DNA of 64,000 nucleotides from Vairimorpha necatrix (lineage: Eukaryota), in the NCBI GenBank assembly GCA_036630325.1, contig CP142737.1:496001-560000 (forward strand), read 5' to 3'. Below the pieces are notes generated by a model, which ran no database searches, was not told where the DNA came from, and saw only the letters and a program-made list of their open reading frames with translations. How positions within the stretch are numbered: position 1 is the stretch's first letter; every line of letters starts with the position of its first letter. The position numbers and the translations under genes are program-made. Below, piece by piece: positions 8,030 through 21,462 of this stretch.

Positions 8030-9082
8030 TGATCTTTATTAATGAATGTGAAACATCATCACATTAATCATTTAGTTTATAATATTTCTCAAACTAAATG
8101 TCATTCATAAGTTTGTTTGTTTACAAACAATTAAATATTTAAAATATTTAAAAATAGCCCCTCACTAAAGGAGAGAACGATGAACCATAAAAGTAATAAA
8201 TCTCAATATAGTAAAAATGCTATTTACAAACATCAAACAAATAATCTCATTGAGACGTACCTCCGCTTGGGGTACGTCACATATCTGGAGCTCTTCCACG
8301 ATAAGCTAGAAAAACAAAAAATGAAATTAAAAAATTTGATTAAAAATAATTTGATGGATGACAGTGATCAAATTACTGAAGCATCAAAGAACAAAATTGA
8401 GATGATGATAGAGAATCACTCAAAAGAACATGTAGAACAAAAGGATAATAACTCCAATGTTCCAAATGTAACCAGTAGCGAAACCCTTCAGTTAGCTACT
8501 GGAAAGAATGATGTTTCTAATTTAGAAATCATAAATGAAGATATTTTAATTAATGTCAAAAATCTCGAATCTGCCTCTAAAGTAGAAGAAGAAGATAGAT
8601 TGTCAGAAGATTGCAAAAGAATGTGTTTAGAAGCAATTGAAGTCTCTAAAGAAAAAATATAACTAATGAAGTTGTAAATACCAATAATGTTAAGCTCGAT
8701 GTAGCTGACATAAATAAGAAAGCAGTAGATAATCATCTTAAAATTATCTCAGCAATAATATCTGGTAGAAGCAAAGCTCCAAAGAATGGAGTTAAGCTAT
8801 ACCAAATCAATAAAGATGGATAGAAGTCTGTCAGACATACCTTTAAGCCAAAGATGCAATTTGGTCTTAATAAAAACTCTAGTATTAAACATACTAAATT
8901 AAAAGAACTTAATAGATTTACTTCTATTAAAGTAGAAAACCTAGGGAAGTGTATTAAATTTCCCAAAAAGGAAAGCCTAACAATGTCACTAGGCGAGAAA
9001 AAAAATTCCATCAAAGGAAAGAAAAATTCAAGCCCCAAAATGGCTAAGAAGGAATCCCAAGAGAAATCTGGCAAGAAAATAA

Positions 9083-10274
9083 GGATCAAGTCCATTATAT
9101 GCCCAGGATTAGAAATTTTGGGCATATAATGGACTTAACTCAAAACTCTGGTCATATAATGGACTTAAGTTTTTTATCAATTTTTTGAATTTTCAAAAGC
9201 AAGTTGCTAATACTTTAATGAGTCGAAGAGAACTTTCTGACTTCGAAAACTAATATGATATTCTAACAAATGAGTGTAGAGAAGCACATACAATACCTTA
9301 GGGGGGAAATGCTTCTCAATGAAATGTCTCGTTGCGGTTGTGGATTGAAAATGGTTGAAAGACAAAAAGAAATTGTAGATGGTCGCTGTTGGATATGCAA
9401 AAATAAGTTGTTTCCGAAGTATAGCATCACTTTAAGCATTAGACATGGTTCCTTTTTTAAGGATTTTAGAATGCCTATAATCGATGTTTTTACTGTCATT
9501 TATCTTATGGCAGCAGACAAACAGTTTATGGATATAGCTAATGACTTTTGCATTCAAAAAATATTGATCAAAAAGATATTTTGAGAATTAAGAACTCTTG
9601 TGGGCAAATATTTTGTTGAGAACCATATTAGACTAGGTGGTCCAGGCAAAATATGCCAAATTGAAGAAAGCCTGTTTGTACACAAAACAAAATATAATCG
9701 CGGTAGGTGGCTAAGTGGGCAGGTATGGGTATTCGGAATCGTTGATACAAGCATCAGCCCTGCAAGATTCAGTTAAAAATTTTTTTCTAATAGAACAAGA
9801 AATACTTTATATCCAATAATCACCGATGTATGCATGCCCGGCACAACTATTTATTCCGACAGCTGGGCTGCTTATGTTGAAATTCAAAATATACTCCGGG
9901 TTTAATCATGAGATGGTCAACCATAAATTTTATTTTGTGAATCCCAAGACTGGAATTAACACACAGACAGTCGAGTCGTTATGGAACAGAATAAAAGGAA
10001 AAATTAAGGCAATGTGTGGGATAAAGAAAAGCCAATTACCGGGATTTTTGGAAGAGGTCATGTTTAAGAATGAGTTCGTAGAAAATTTGTTGGGAAGTCT
10101 AGCAATTTTGTTGGCAGCAAAACATGATTAAAATTATTCATTATATTTTTCGTTTTGGATATTTGTCTTTGCAATTATCGATTTATAAAGATTTGGGCAT
10201 ATAATGGACTTAACTACAAACTCTGGGCACATAATGGACTTAAGTTTTTTCTGGGCATATAATGGACTTGATCC
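9083..10274 (+). mobile_element. Merlin (IS1595/ISXO2-like DDE) transposon, frameshifted
   Basis: TIR GGATCAAGTCCATTATATGCCCAG; 8-bp TSD GAAAATAA; subterminal GGGCATATAATGGACTT repeats; NTQTVESLW motif. Confidence 0.9.
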
Positions 10275-10806
10275 GAAAATAAACCCAGTTCAACCTCAGA
10301 AGAACTGGGCAAAAGGGCTTTCTAAAGAAGTTCTTATTAAAATTATTAGAGGTGGATGTCCTATATCCAAATGCAAATTTAAATTTGTATTGGTAGGAGG
10401 TCTGGGAGTATGGAAGGAGCACCAAGCTAGAGACGCTTGGGCTGCTCTACTCACTATTGAGAGAAAAGGCATCCCACTCTTAAAGCAGTTTAGAGATGAA
10501 GAGTCTATTCTCTTGATGCTCAGAGAAGGTACCTGCGAAAGAGCAGTAAAAAATCTCTTGGACGAAATCCCAGAGGCATATGTCTGTAATGACGAGACAT
10601 TTATGGTGGACTTTCTGAAATCAAAGAAGGATTTAATTCTGGAGGAGCTTCTGAGGGTTTCTAGATGAATAAAAATTTTATACCACTTACGGAAGCTTGT
10701 AAGTACATAAAGAAGAATTTAGGTAGTGAGAATTTAGCATATAAAAATTTTATCTACCTACATAGTATGATGGGTGAACCTGCCCGGAAAATGAAGGACT
10801 CTAAAA

Positions 10807-13800
10807 ATGAATAAAGTTGATATTCTTTTAAAGTCTAAGTTTTACAAGAGATATTTCTCTTTCAAAATTCAATATTTATTATCTTTATTAAATAAAAAAA
10901 TCACTAATCCTACAGGATTAAATAAACCTTTTGGAGCTTTCAGAAGCCGTAGAAGGATGAAGTGCATAACTTCATTTTATCAGCGGAAAAATCTATGGAC
11001 TAGAAAACTCCAAGAAAATTTCTGTATAGTTAATATGCAAAGAATTCCCGTCGATTGTAAAGACCTAAGAAAATGTCTTGTAAAAAGAGAGTCTGAATTA
11101 GATTCTGCCATTTTTACAATACGAAAGTTTAGACGTAGAAATGCGTCATTAACAAAGATAGTAGTTGAAAAAACACATAAAATTTTATTGATTAAGATTA
11201 TTAAAGCTGAAGGCTTCAAAGTTTTAAATGATAACAGAAAAGGATTAGAAAAAACTAATAAAACAATAAAAGAGATTAGAGAGAAGATAAAACTCTTAAG
11301 TCTCAACATCAACCATCTCTCCCACAAGAGAGAAGAACTTGAGTTTCTTCTTAAGAAGGAGAAACCAGAAATTATGTGTCTACAGGAAACTTGGAGACAA
11401 TCTAATAGATCCCTTAGACTAGAAAAATACACTGCTGTTGAAACACCAAGCAGTGGAAAAAATAAACCAGGTTTAATAACTCTGGTGAGAAACACTGGAG
11501 CTATTAGATGTAGCAAAAAGGGAACTGACTCAAACATTCTGCAAACAGTGGTTGAGTTTAGATCAGAAGGCAAGTGGATTAAATACTTAATCTTAAATGT
11601 CTACATACCACAAGACAGGGATCTCAAAAGGGAGGTGCTGGCCAGACTTTTGTCTCTTCTAGAAAAAGAGAAATTCAGAAACTATTATAGTGAAATTATA
11701 GTAATGGGAGATATGAATATGCAGAGTTCTTCTCCCAAGAAAAAACTAGTAGTAATTGGTTTACCAGTTACGATGAAGTATAACAGCAAAGATGGTACAA
11801 GGATTCTCAAAGATGGGAAAAGATCTAAGAGAAAAATTGATACCATCTTTAGGCTGAAAGAATACGATAATGAGAAGATCATTATATCAAAGTCTTGGGT
11901 ACTAAGTGATCACTTAGTGCTCAAAAAATATATCTCACTAACTGTTGATAAGATCTCTGATCAACTAGTCTATGATAAAAAGATGCTGGAAAATCCGAAA
12001 GTGATTAAAAGGCTTAAAATGAAGTTGAGTAATCAACAATTAAGTATGAATAATCTTCCCGAGATTATTAAAAAAGCTTGTACATCTTTAAAGATCTACA
12101 AAAAGAAAAGGGTCCACACTGGACTTACAATGAGATGGAGATACTTAAAAGTCTTCAAAGAAAAGCGTTTAGCAGCAAAAGCGGTTATGAAAAATCACAA
12201 TGAAATCAATTTAGCCCGGCTCGTAGATATCAAAAAGAGAGTAGAGGATACGAAGAAATTGATTCGCAAAGATAGATCGAAACTTTGGGCTTTGAGAGGA
12301 ATAAAGCTCTTTAAAAGTAATAGATCAAGAGAATTCTGGCAATGGCTGAAAAATAGAAGTGTGTCTATTAAATTGGATCAAGTGGCTCTCTCTAACCACA
12401 ATAAACTTCTCCAGTCTTGCCAAAAAGAGAAGCTAGAAATAGCAAACAAATTTTATGCTGAACTAGCATCAGACAATTTAGATATTAGTATCTATAAGAA
12501 AACAGATCTTGCTGACCTCCCACCAGAGATTACAGAAGAAGAATTTATATCTGCATTAAAGAAATGTGGAAACAACAAAGCAGCCGGTCCTGATGAGATT
12601 CCAACCTAGCTATACAAACATCTACTCATCAATAGAGTAGAGAACAATTTTTTTAGATTCATGTTAACTGAATTTAATAAATACATTAGTGGAGAAAACC
12701 CACCAAAATACTGGAGTATGTCAAACATGATTTGCCTCCACAAAAAAGGAGATGAGACAGATCTGAATAATTATAGGGGAATCTCCTTAATTAACACAAT
12801 TAGTAAGATCTATCTCAAGATAATTAACGACAGATTGACCCAATTTGTTGAATAAAATAACATCATCTCTAAATACCAAGCAGGATTTAGAGAAGGTGAA
12901 GAATGTATGAACCAAATTACTTCCCTACTTGAAGTAGTAAGAAGAAGAGAATTCAGAGGCGTGAACACAGTGATGTGTTTCATAGACTTTGAGAAAGCTT
13001 ATGATAATGTAAGTCACGACTTATTATTTAGTAAGCTAGAAAATCTAGATATCCCCAAGTATTTGATAAATACAATAAAGGATATATATAAAAACACCAC
13101 CATGCGAATAAAAATCGCCGGAGAAACATCAAGTGGCTATGGCTACAGAAAAGGAGTGAGACAAGGATGCCCTTGTTCTCCAATGCTGTTCAATATATTT
13201 ATCAATGATATTTTTGACGGCATAGATGGTGTCTTGATCCCAAGATCAAATACAAGAGTTCCAGGACTGATGTTCACCGATGATATCGTTGTCTTTGGAA
13301 ACAACATTGATGATCTTAATAATAAGATCAAAAGAATTTCGAAATGGGCAGTTGACAACAGAATGAAAATTAACTGCAAGAAGAGTGGAGTATTAGAGTG
13401 GAATGTTAACTCTAATATTCAAGAAATTAGAAGTTTGTATTCCATCAATACAGACTTTGGCGTGATTGAAGAAGTCACAGAATATAGATATCTGGGTGTT
13501 TTAATTAAAAGAAATACACTTGAAGAACATTTGGTCAGAGACGCGGCAATGCGTGGCAAGAAAACCTTAGACGCCCTGATGCCAAAGTTATTAAATAATG
13601 GCATCAACATAATATTTAAGGCGATCTTGATAAAGTGTGTACTAGTTCCCACACTAATGTATGGCAATGAACTTTGGGGAATGTCTAGTACAAGAGCGGG
13701 TAAGATCAATAGGATCTTAAGGAAATCATTGGGGATGATATTCCAACAGGTATTAGTTCCCCTAGATAGATTATTGGATGAGTTCAGTATTGAACGAATT

Positions 13801-14502
13801 CATATACAAGCAGCTTTAAGTAGCTTTAGAGCATACAACAAGTGGAAACACAATAAAACCATAATCTCAGATATAATTTCAATCAATCCGAAAGAAAGAA
13901 AAACCACCTGGTCTACAAGAACGCAAAGGTGGTTAAAAAGATTCGTCGGCAACGACTATGAAACAAGTAACAATGTATCTGTTACTACAAAAATAACTGA
14001 TGTACTAAGAAGAAGGAGAACGATAAATACTTCTGTAGCTGCATCAATAGCAGATATTTATGACATAAGAAGCTCACAGTTGAAATATGTCATAAACAAA
14101 GTCAACAATAGAAAGATAAGAACATACACTAGATTAAGATGTAATCTAGTAAGGTGGTCCTCCTCAATAGCCAATGCAAAGAGAATTCCAGTGAGTTATA
14201 GAATGATGTGCTTTTTGTGCGATGGACCACAAGAAAATTTAGAACACTTCCTGTTAGAGTGCTCGTCATTAAACGAAATAAGATCATCGTGGCGAAATAA
14301 ACTGCCTCTACTAACATGTTCACAAACAAATAACCAAGAAAAAACAAAGCAACTTCTTGGTAATAAGATTGGGTTGAAGAATAATCCGAAACATATAAAA
14401 GAACTCTGCTTGATCATTGAGTTCCTAGACAGGATGGTTGTCTCCAGAGCGATACTATTCAATAACAAACTCAAGGAGATCAACAATAACATGAATAATT
14501 AA
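10807..14502 (+). pseudogene. LINE-A ORF2 (APE endonuclease + RT + CCHC) with two in-frame stops
   Basis: SLNIN, CLQET, NVYIP, MGDMN, IDTIF, LSDH (APE), then RT motifs. ORFs 10807, 12661 and 12907 share one frame, broken by TAG 12607-12609 and TAA 12853-12855 (GAG and CAA in copy 1). Confidence 0.92.
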
Positions 14503-16673
14503 TGAAGATTAATTAAAAAAGTAAATATCCAGAAATGGAAGAAAAATTAAGTTAACTTGTTAACGACAAAATTTATATTTATATAATTGACCTGGGAGAG
14601 GTCGGGCATGATACTGATGCTGTATTTTTTCCGCTGAACTGAGTTGTGTTCTTAAATGGTGTATTGAGCCAGGCGATGTCGTTTTTCATCAGATCCATGA
14701 AATTGGGTCTCTAGTCGTATTATGACTAAGGATGTATCCTATGGGAACGAATTTTTTCTCCTACAAGCAAGGCCGTAAAGGTATGCTGGCGTGTAAGCGC
14801 GATTATTGATGATTTTTCTTTTGCAGTGGAGTTTTTGGTGGCTGTGTGGCTTTTCTTCGTTTTTGCTGATTTTTCTTATCACTCTGTATTGCTTCTATCT
14901 GTTTTCCTTATTTGAATGTATTTTTCTTTAAGCGGAACTGATTTTTTTTTTATATGGAACTTATTATGATGATTTAGGAACGTTTGTTTTGATGCTGAGT
15001 GTCCTTTTTACAATAAACATTTTTAATTTTAATTTTTTTTAATTTTTGACACATCAAAAAAAGATAACAATAAAGATCTTAGTGATCTTAAAAGATACAT
15101 ATCTAGCACTACTGATTTAGTTTTGATTCAGCAGACATATTTGGAGCTTGTGGTATCTCACATGTCAAACATATCATTTTTGACATTTCTTGATTTGTTT
15201 ACCCTGTAAACAAACAATAAAAAATTATAAAAGAAAATTCCATACTTAGGGGTATGGAAGATATAAGAAATAAACATTATAGGTTTAACTTATCTTTATT
15301 GGAGTTGTACTTCCGCAGGAGGTACGACAGATTGAATTCAATAAGAGAGTACAAACATCATGAACTCCAACCCACGCGAGGAAAAGAAATCGCAGAACAC
15401 AACTCTAAAACTCAAGAAGCAAAAGTAGTCCTATAAGAATTAAGACAGGTGAAGTGGACCTAGGAATCACCAAAAATGTAGAAATGATTGACGATATCTA
15501 CGAAATCGATCTACTAGGATGGTTTAAGAAAATTGAAGAAATTTTCCAAAGGAATCAATGGAACGAAGAGACAAAAAACTATTTTTATTCGATCTCATTG
15601 AAGATCAGATTATAGACAAAGCCAATTTGAAAGATAACTACGAAGAAAACAAGAACTACATCATTTCACAGGTGTTCTCACAGAAAAGAGTCGAGAACTT
15701 AATAGTAGAACTGGATAATCAAAAACAAACTGACTACATTTTCTTTGATAACTACATAAACGAAATCATGAAACGAGTAACCATCTACAGTAAGGTATCT
15801 AATTGCAGCCAGAAAGAATACGAACGAAGATCAAAGGAATCCATTTACAGAGGACTTGGCTTAGAAACGGTAAGATATCTTGAGGAACAAAACCTCGAAA
15901 CACAACTTGAAATCATACCAGCCCTGAAAATAATGGAAGAAAACATCATAACAAGATTTAACATACCGAGGAAGATAAACAACATCTCAAGTATAAGATT
16001 CATGAAAAAGTGGTGTAAAGTCCACAAAACTCTGGGACATACAACGAGAGATTGCGGGCAAAGCAACGAAACAAATCGATCAAATATTAGCAAAGTTAAA
16101 AACGAAAAATTTAACCTCAACATGAAGACAGTAGCTCCCGATACCAACTTGAACCTAAAGAATACAACGAGGAAGATTTCAGAACCCAGAGAAAATAAAA
16201 ACACTTTAAACTACGTTATTTTAGAAAATCCTACTATTGTCGAACAACTCGACATTCCACTCATAATCAATAAGGGACACGAGTCAACGGGAACTCTAGA
16301 CTGTGGAGCAGGATTAAACTCATCAAAGCAGACCTCGTAGAACAATGGAATCTTACCACCAGAGAAAGTAAAGAGATCCAGGTAATGTTTGGAAATAAAT
16401 CAAACGAAACCACCAGTACGTTAATAGAATTAGAATTACAGCTGAAGGGAAAAAACGAAACATGTAAAATAGAATTATATCTATTACAAAACTTACCGGT
16501 TAATATCTTACTTGGCAGAGACTTTATATCGAGAAATGAAATTATACTTGACTTTACAAGAAGGAAAATAATTTGGAACAACTCAACCATAAGTATGAAA
16601 ACTAATCAAGAAGAAACAGAATTCCAAAAACCTTTTGAGAAAACGCTCATTACAAAAGATGAAGCAAGATTAC

Positions 16674-17009
16674 TGTGGTATAATATCTACCACATGGATC
16701 ATAAGTAACCAATAGAACAACACACGTCAACGATGTTTCTTACACATCTTGAAACACGACGTCTATTGGTCTATCATGAAACAATATATTCTTATTGGTT
16801 ACCAACAACTATAAATAAAGAAATTATGAACATAAATATGATGCACAAGAAATCTAATAAGCTCTCCTATCCTTCACAACAGGGCAACGACGCCTCAAAT
16901 AAAACTATTTACACTAAACAAAACCATACCTTGGGAATCAACGGTTCTAATAACCGTAGCATCTTAGAATGCTTTCTTGCCTCTGGCACAATTCCCGGCA
17001 ATTACGCCA
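16674..17009 (+). mobile_element. Solo LTR inside G2
   Basis: TGTGG..GCCA; TSD ATTAC; encodes RSILECFLASG like the G4 LTR. Confidence 0.85.
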
Positions 17010-17824
17010 ATTACATAAAATCATAGATGACTATAAAAGCAAAATTAAAGAAAGCGACCCAATAAACACAGATCAAGTCAAATTACAAGTGTCTAAAAAC
17101 AACATAAAGCTTAAGAAAATTAATTATGCAGTACTTTCAAACTACAAGAAGACGCAATACTAGAAATAGAACGACTATTGGACTCTAATATAATCGAGGA
17201 ATGCAACGAAAGGAACACCAGCCCCGCATTCTTTAAGAAAAAGAAAAACGGCAAGATAAGACTAGTAATAGACTACAGAGAAATTAATAACTTTATCGAG
17301 ACGAAGTAGAAATAATTCCAAAGATGGACGATATCATTTATCAAATCGGAAAAAGCGAAGTAATAAGCAAATTGGACCCGACGAATGGATTTAACCAATT
17401 ACTCCCAACAGAAGAAAGCAGGAAATGGACAGCATTCTCTATATTCGGCAAAACATTCAGATACAAAAGACTCCCTTTCGGATTAAAAAATGGCCCCAAA
17501 GCATTCCAGAAAACAATGAACAAAATACTCTTCGGGATCAAAAATATATCGGTATACATAGACGACATAATTATACCACGAAGAACTACGAGTCTCATCT
17601 GAACACACTCAAAGAATTATTTACAAGGCTACAGAAGCACAACGTAATTGTAAACTTTGCTAAATCAGAATTCTGCACCAAAAACACAGAACTTCTAGGA
17701 ACAAGAATCTTTAACGGTAAAATGTACCCTCTCACTAAAGACAGTAAACTAATCGAAAACATGAAATGTAAAACCAAAAAAGACCTACAGAAAATAATAG
17801 GAATATTCAATTGGTATAGAAAAT

Positions 17825-18078
17825 TGACGTACCCCAAGCGGAGGTACGTCTCAATGAGATTATTTGTTTGTTGTTTGTAAATATGATTTTTACTATATTG
17901 AATTTTATTGCTTTTATTGCTCGTCATCCTCTCTTTTTTGGTGAGGGGCTATTTTTAAATATTTTAAATATTTAATTGTTTGTAAACAAACAAATGAATG
18001 ACATTTAGTTTGAGAAAATATTATAAACTAAATGATTAATGTGATGATGTTTCACATTCATTAATAAAAGTCATCACA
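17825..18078 (-). mobile_element. Solo LTR of the G1 family inside G2 pol
   Basis: Reverse complement of the G1 LTR; TSD AAAAT; removing it restores WYRKYIPN. Confidence 0.92.
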
Positions 18079-21000
18079 AAAATACATCCCAAATTTAAGC
18101 TTAGAAATTTTAAATTTAACAGAAAAACTAAAAGGGAAAGAACAGATAGTTAAACTAACTAAAGAAGACAATTCAACGATAAATAAGCTAATAGACAAAC
18201 TAAAGAATAAAAGCTACCTAGTACTACCAGACTATAGCAGAAAATTTACACTACACTGCAACGCCTCAGAACTCGGAATGGGAGCAGTATTATCACAGGA
18301 ACACGGAATAATACTAAATATAAGCATGAAGTTTATCAAAACAGAAAGAAACTACACAATAGTAGAGAAAGAATACTTCGCGATAGTCTACGCAATGGAC
18401 AAATGTAGAAACATTATACTTGGAAATTATGTAGAAATACACACGGATAATAGTAACTGCCTTTTTAAAAGCAAAATAAGCAGAAGAATAGAAAGATGGG
18501 ACGCGATGATGCTAGAATACAACTACAGTATAAAACAAATAGCTAATGAAGACAACACCGTAGCAGATCATCTATCAAGATGTTTCAGAACAGAAAAAGC
18601 TAAGTACGAAAACGATCTAATAAATACAATAGACTTATATGCAGAGAAAATATCTGAAAATAAATCTGGGACAAAAAACTGGAAAAAGAACAAAGATGAT
18701 AAAATAATAATTAAAAACTCCGAATCCGAAAACTTCCTAAAAAAGATACATGAAATTGCTGGTCACCCAGGAATAATCGTATTGAACAAAAATTTATCTC
18801 CCTTTTACAGCATCAACGGAATAAAAAGCAAGATAATTAATGTAACAAAAAACTGCAAAATATGCAACCTAAACAAGAAAGAAAAAGTAAAAATTCAAAA
18901 ATTACAAATAACCTCCGATAAAATGTACGGATCGATTGCAATGGACATATTTGGACCATTTGAACTCGAAAACTTCATTTATGAAGATATTCGTCACAAG
19001 GCATATTATCTGTCCATAACAGATGTCTATTCAAGAGTCTCAAGGGTATACCTACTGTATAACATCACGGAAGATACCATAATAAAATGTATAGATAAAT
19101 GGATACAAGAATTCCAACAGCCGGGAAAAATTATCTTTGACAACGGCACTCAATTCACAGGCAAAAAACTAAGAGAAAAATACGGAAACTGTATTGGAAT
19201 TAAACTTATAAACACCCCAATATATCATCCACAAAGTAACGGAATGGCTGAAAGACAAAACAGCATAATAGCTGAGTGCTTAAGAATGAATAGATCTAAT
19301 AACATCAGAGAAACAACAAATAAAATCAACATCAAGCTAAACGTCAATTATAAAAGAACAATCGGATGCTCACCATTCGAACTGGAGAAAAAATACAGTT
19401 TCTTTGACCCATTCAAAAGGCAAACCACCAACAAAGAGCCTAAAAATAAAACAACTCCCATTATACCAAACCTTAATAATGATAAAAAAATTTAAATAAA
19501 CGAAAATGTATTTATTAAAGAATTCAACGCCGGTAAGATGGATGAACAGTATAAAGGACCATACACAATCAAAGAAATTGGAAACAAGGGAATCTGGGCC
19601 AGAGTGAACGAAGGAGAAAATTGGATCCACATAAAAGACATTAAAAGAAGAGGGTAGGATGTGGTATCCCACATGTCAAACATATCATTTTTGACATTTC
19701 TTGATTTGTTTGCCCTGTAAATAAACAATAAAAAATTATAAAAAATAATTCCATACTTAGGGGTATGGAAGATATAAGAAATAAACATTATAGGTTTAAC
19801 TTATCTTTATTAAAGTTGTACTTCCGCAGGAGGTACGACAGAGCCCTTCCATGACAAGCTAGAAAAACTAAACATCAAACTAAAAAATTTGATTAAAAAT
19901 AATCTGATGGATGACAGTGATCAAATTACTGAAGCATCAAAAAATAAAATTGAGATAATGTGGCGTGTTTACCGGGGAGCTTGCCTGTAGCAAGAAAGCA
20001 TTCAATGATGCTACGGCTTGGGAAGCCGTGAAAACCCGAGTTAAAAGAGTTAGAGTGAAAGGATTGTTTATTGTTATGGAAAGAGTTTTGTTTATCTAAT
20101 TTGTAGAAGGAAGAGTATTTGTAGTTGTTCTGATGTTATACCATATTTGTTCATGGAATTTCTTTATTTATATACATGATAACCAATAGGAAGAAATAAG
20201 AGTTGGCGGACCAATAATAGTCGACCATAACTGATCGTTCCGAAGAAGCATCAGCGTTTAAGTATTAATTGGTTTTTAACAATCATGTGGTATGATCCAT
20301 TATAACACATACTGGCCTCCTTCAGAACTTCAAATTTCGAATGTGCGTCCACGTTTTTTCATCTTTAAGTCTTACCCAATTCCCTTTAGATCCTACTTCT
20401 TCAATTAACCTTTTTGGTCCATATTTGCGATCAAGTTTAGAGGCGGTCAAATTTCTTTTATAAACTGTATCTCCTTTCATGAGAGGTGGAATATGTTTAA
20501 TAGATTTTTGCTTTGGTGTGTATGTCTGTGGCTTGTTTTCAATGTCATAGAAATCTCGCTTATTGGTTATAATATATGGAGATGTTCGAATTCCTCTATT
20601 ATAGTTTATGTTTAAAGTTTCCTCGGCTGTTTTAACTGTTTTTAGTATACTTTGATTTTTATTAATGGATAGTATAAATGCGATGGTCTGATTTATTCGC
20701 TCCGAGATTCCGTTAGATTTGGGTGTATAAGTAGGTATCAATAGATGATTTACTCCTACTTCTTCAAAATAGTTCTTTAGTGCTGACGACGTGTATTGCC
20801 TGCCGTTATCTGCTATTACGTGCTTAGGCTGTTCTTTTATTTTTGTCCAATAATCTATCGACTCGATTATTTGTCTTGTTTTAATAGATTTAAAAAAAAA
20901 TAATTTGCTCTCTCTTGAAAATATATCTGATATAGTAGGATATATCCTGTCTTTTCCTCAGGAGTTGAATTGTCTTTTTGTTCGTAATATTTGATACGAT

Positions 21001-21462
21001 CCAAATATGTCTGTTGAGATTCGTTCATATAGTTTTGGAGATTCCATTTTTGCATTTTGTTGGTGTTTATTATTGATAATCTTGTAATGTCTACATATTT
21101 TGCATCTTTTGACCACTTTTGTTATGTGTTTTACTATTTTACTTATGTGAAAGTATTTTTTAATGTTATTATATATCGTTGATATACCTCTGTGGTCTGA
21201 AATTTCGTGGATGATTTTTAAAATTTTTGCAATACAATTTTGCTTAATAATATATTTCCCATTTCGATTTCTAAATAACTTTTCATCCTTATATACGCAT
21301 GATTCTTTGACAGCGTTTTCATATTGGGTTTTTAGAGGTGCTGGCTGAATTATGAAGCACCGTGACAAGGTGTCTGCTGCTACATTGTTTTTTCCTAAAA
21401 TTTTAATTCCATCGGATGTATTCGTTTTTATTTCAGTAATTAGTAAATTCCTTTTATGTTCT

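Larger units (their letters stand above)
5953..8279 (+). mobile_element. Ty3/gypsy element G1, internally deleted (gag-PR-IN, no RT/RNase H)
   Basis: 255-bp TG..CA LTRs at 5953-6207 and 8025-8279 (near identical); TSD CATAT; PPT 8009-8024; knuckle WCKYH..H....C, MDSGAS protease, integrase 7214-8029. Confidence 0.93.
5629..15047 (+). mobile_element. LINE-A copy 2, near full length (ORF1 + ORF2 + 3' UTR); ORF1 interrupted by a gypsy element and a Merlin
   Basis: ORF1 pieces 5629-5952, 8285-9082 and 10283-10814 rejoin across the TSDs; ORF2 10807-14502; UTR and tail to 15047. Confidence 0.9.
15149..19840 (+). mobile_element. Ty3/gypsy element G2 (gag-PR-RT-RH-IN, decayed)
   Basis: 181-bp LTRs at 15149-15329 and 19660-19840; TSD GAGCT/GAGCC; PPT 19643-19659; LDCGA, LPFGLKNGP, YIDD, RNase H, integrase 18278-19495. 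Confidence 0.93.

Noticed and set aside
12607-12855. Stop-codon reassignment in LINE-A ORF2
   Set aside because: Paralogous copy 1 has sense codons there, and TAA/TAG end intact ORFs elsewhere; these are ordinary nonsense mutations.
10980-14492. Long antisense ORFs over LINE and gypsy coding regions
   Set aside because: Shadow frames of the sense ORFs with no motifs.
1849-15047. HeT-A/TART-like telomeric retrotransposon array
   Set aside because: Element 5' ends face the rDNA rather than a visible chromosome end; no telomeric repeats seen.
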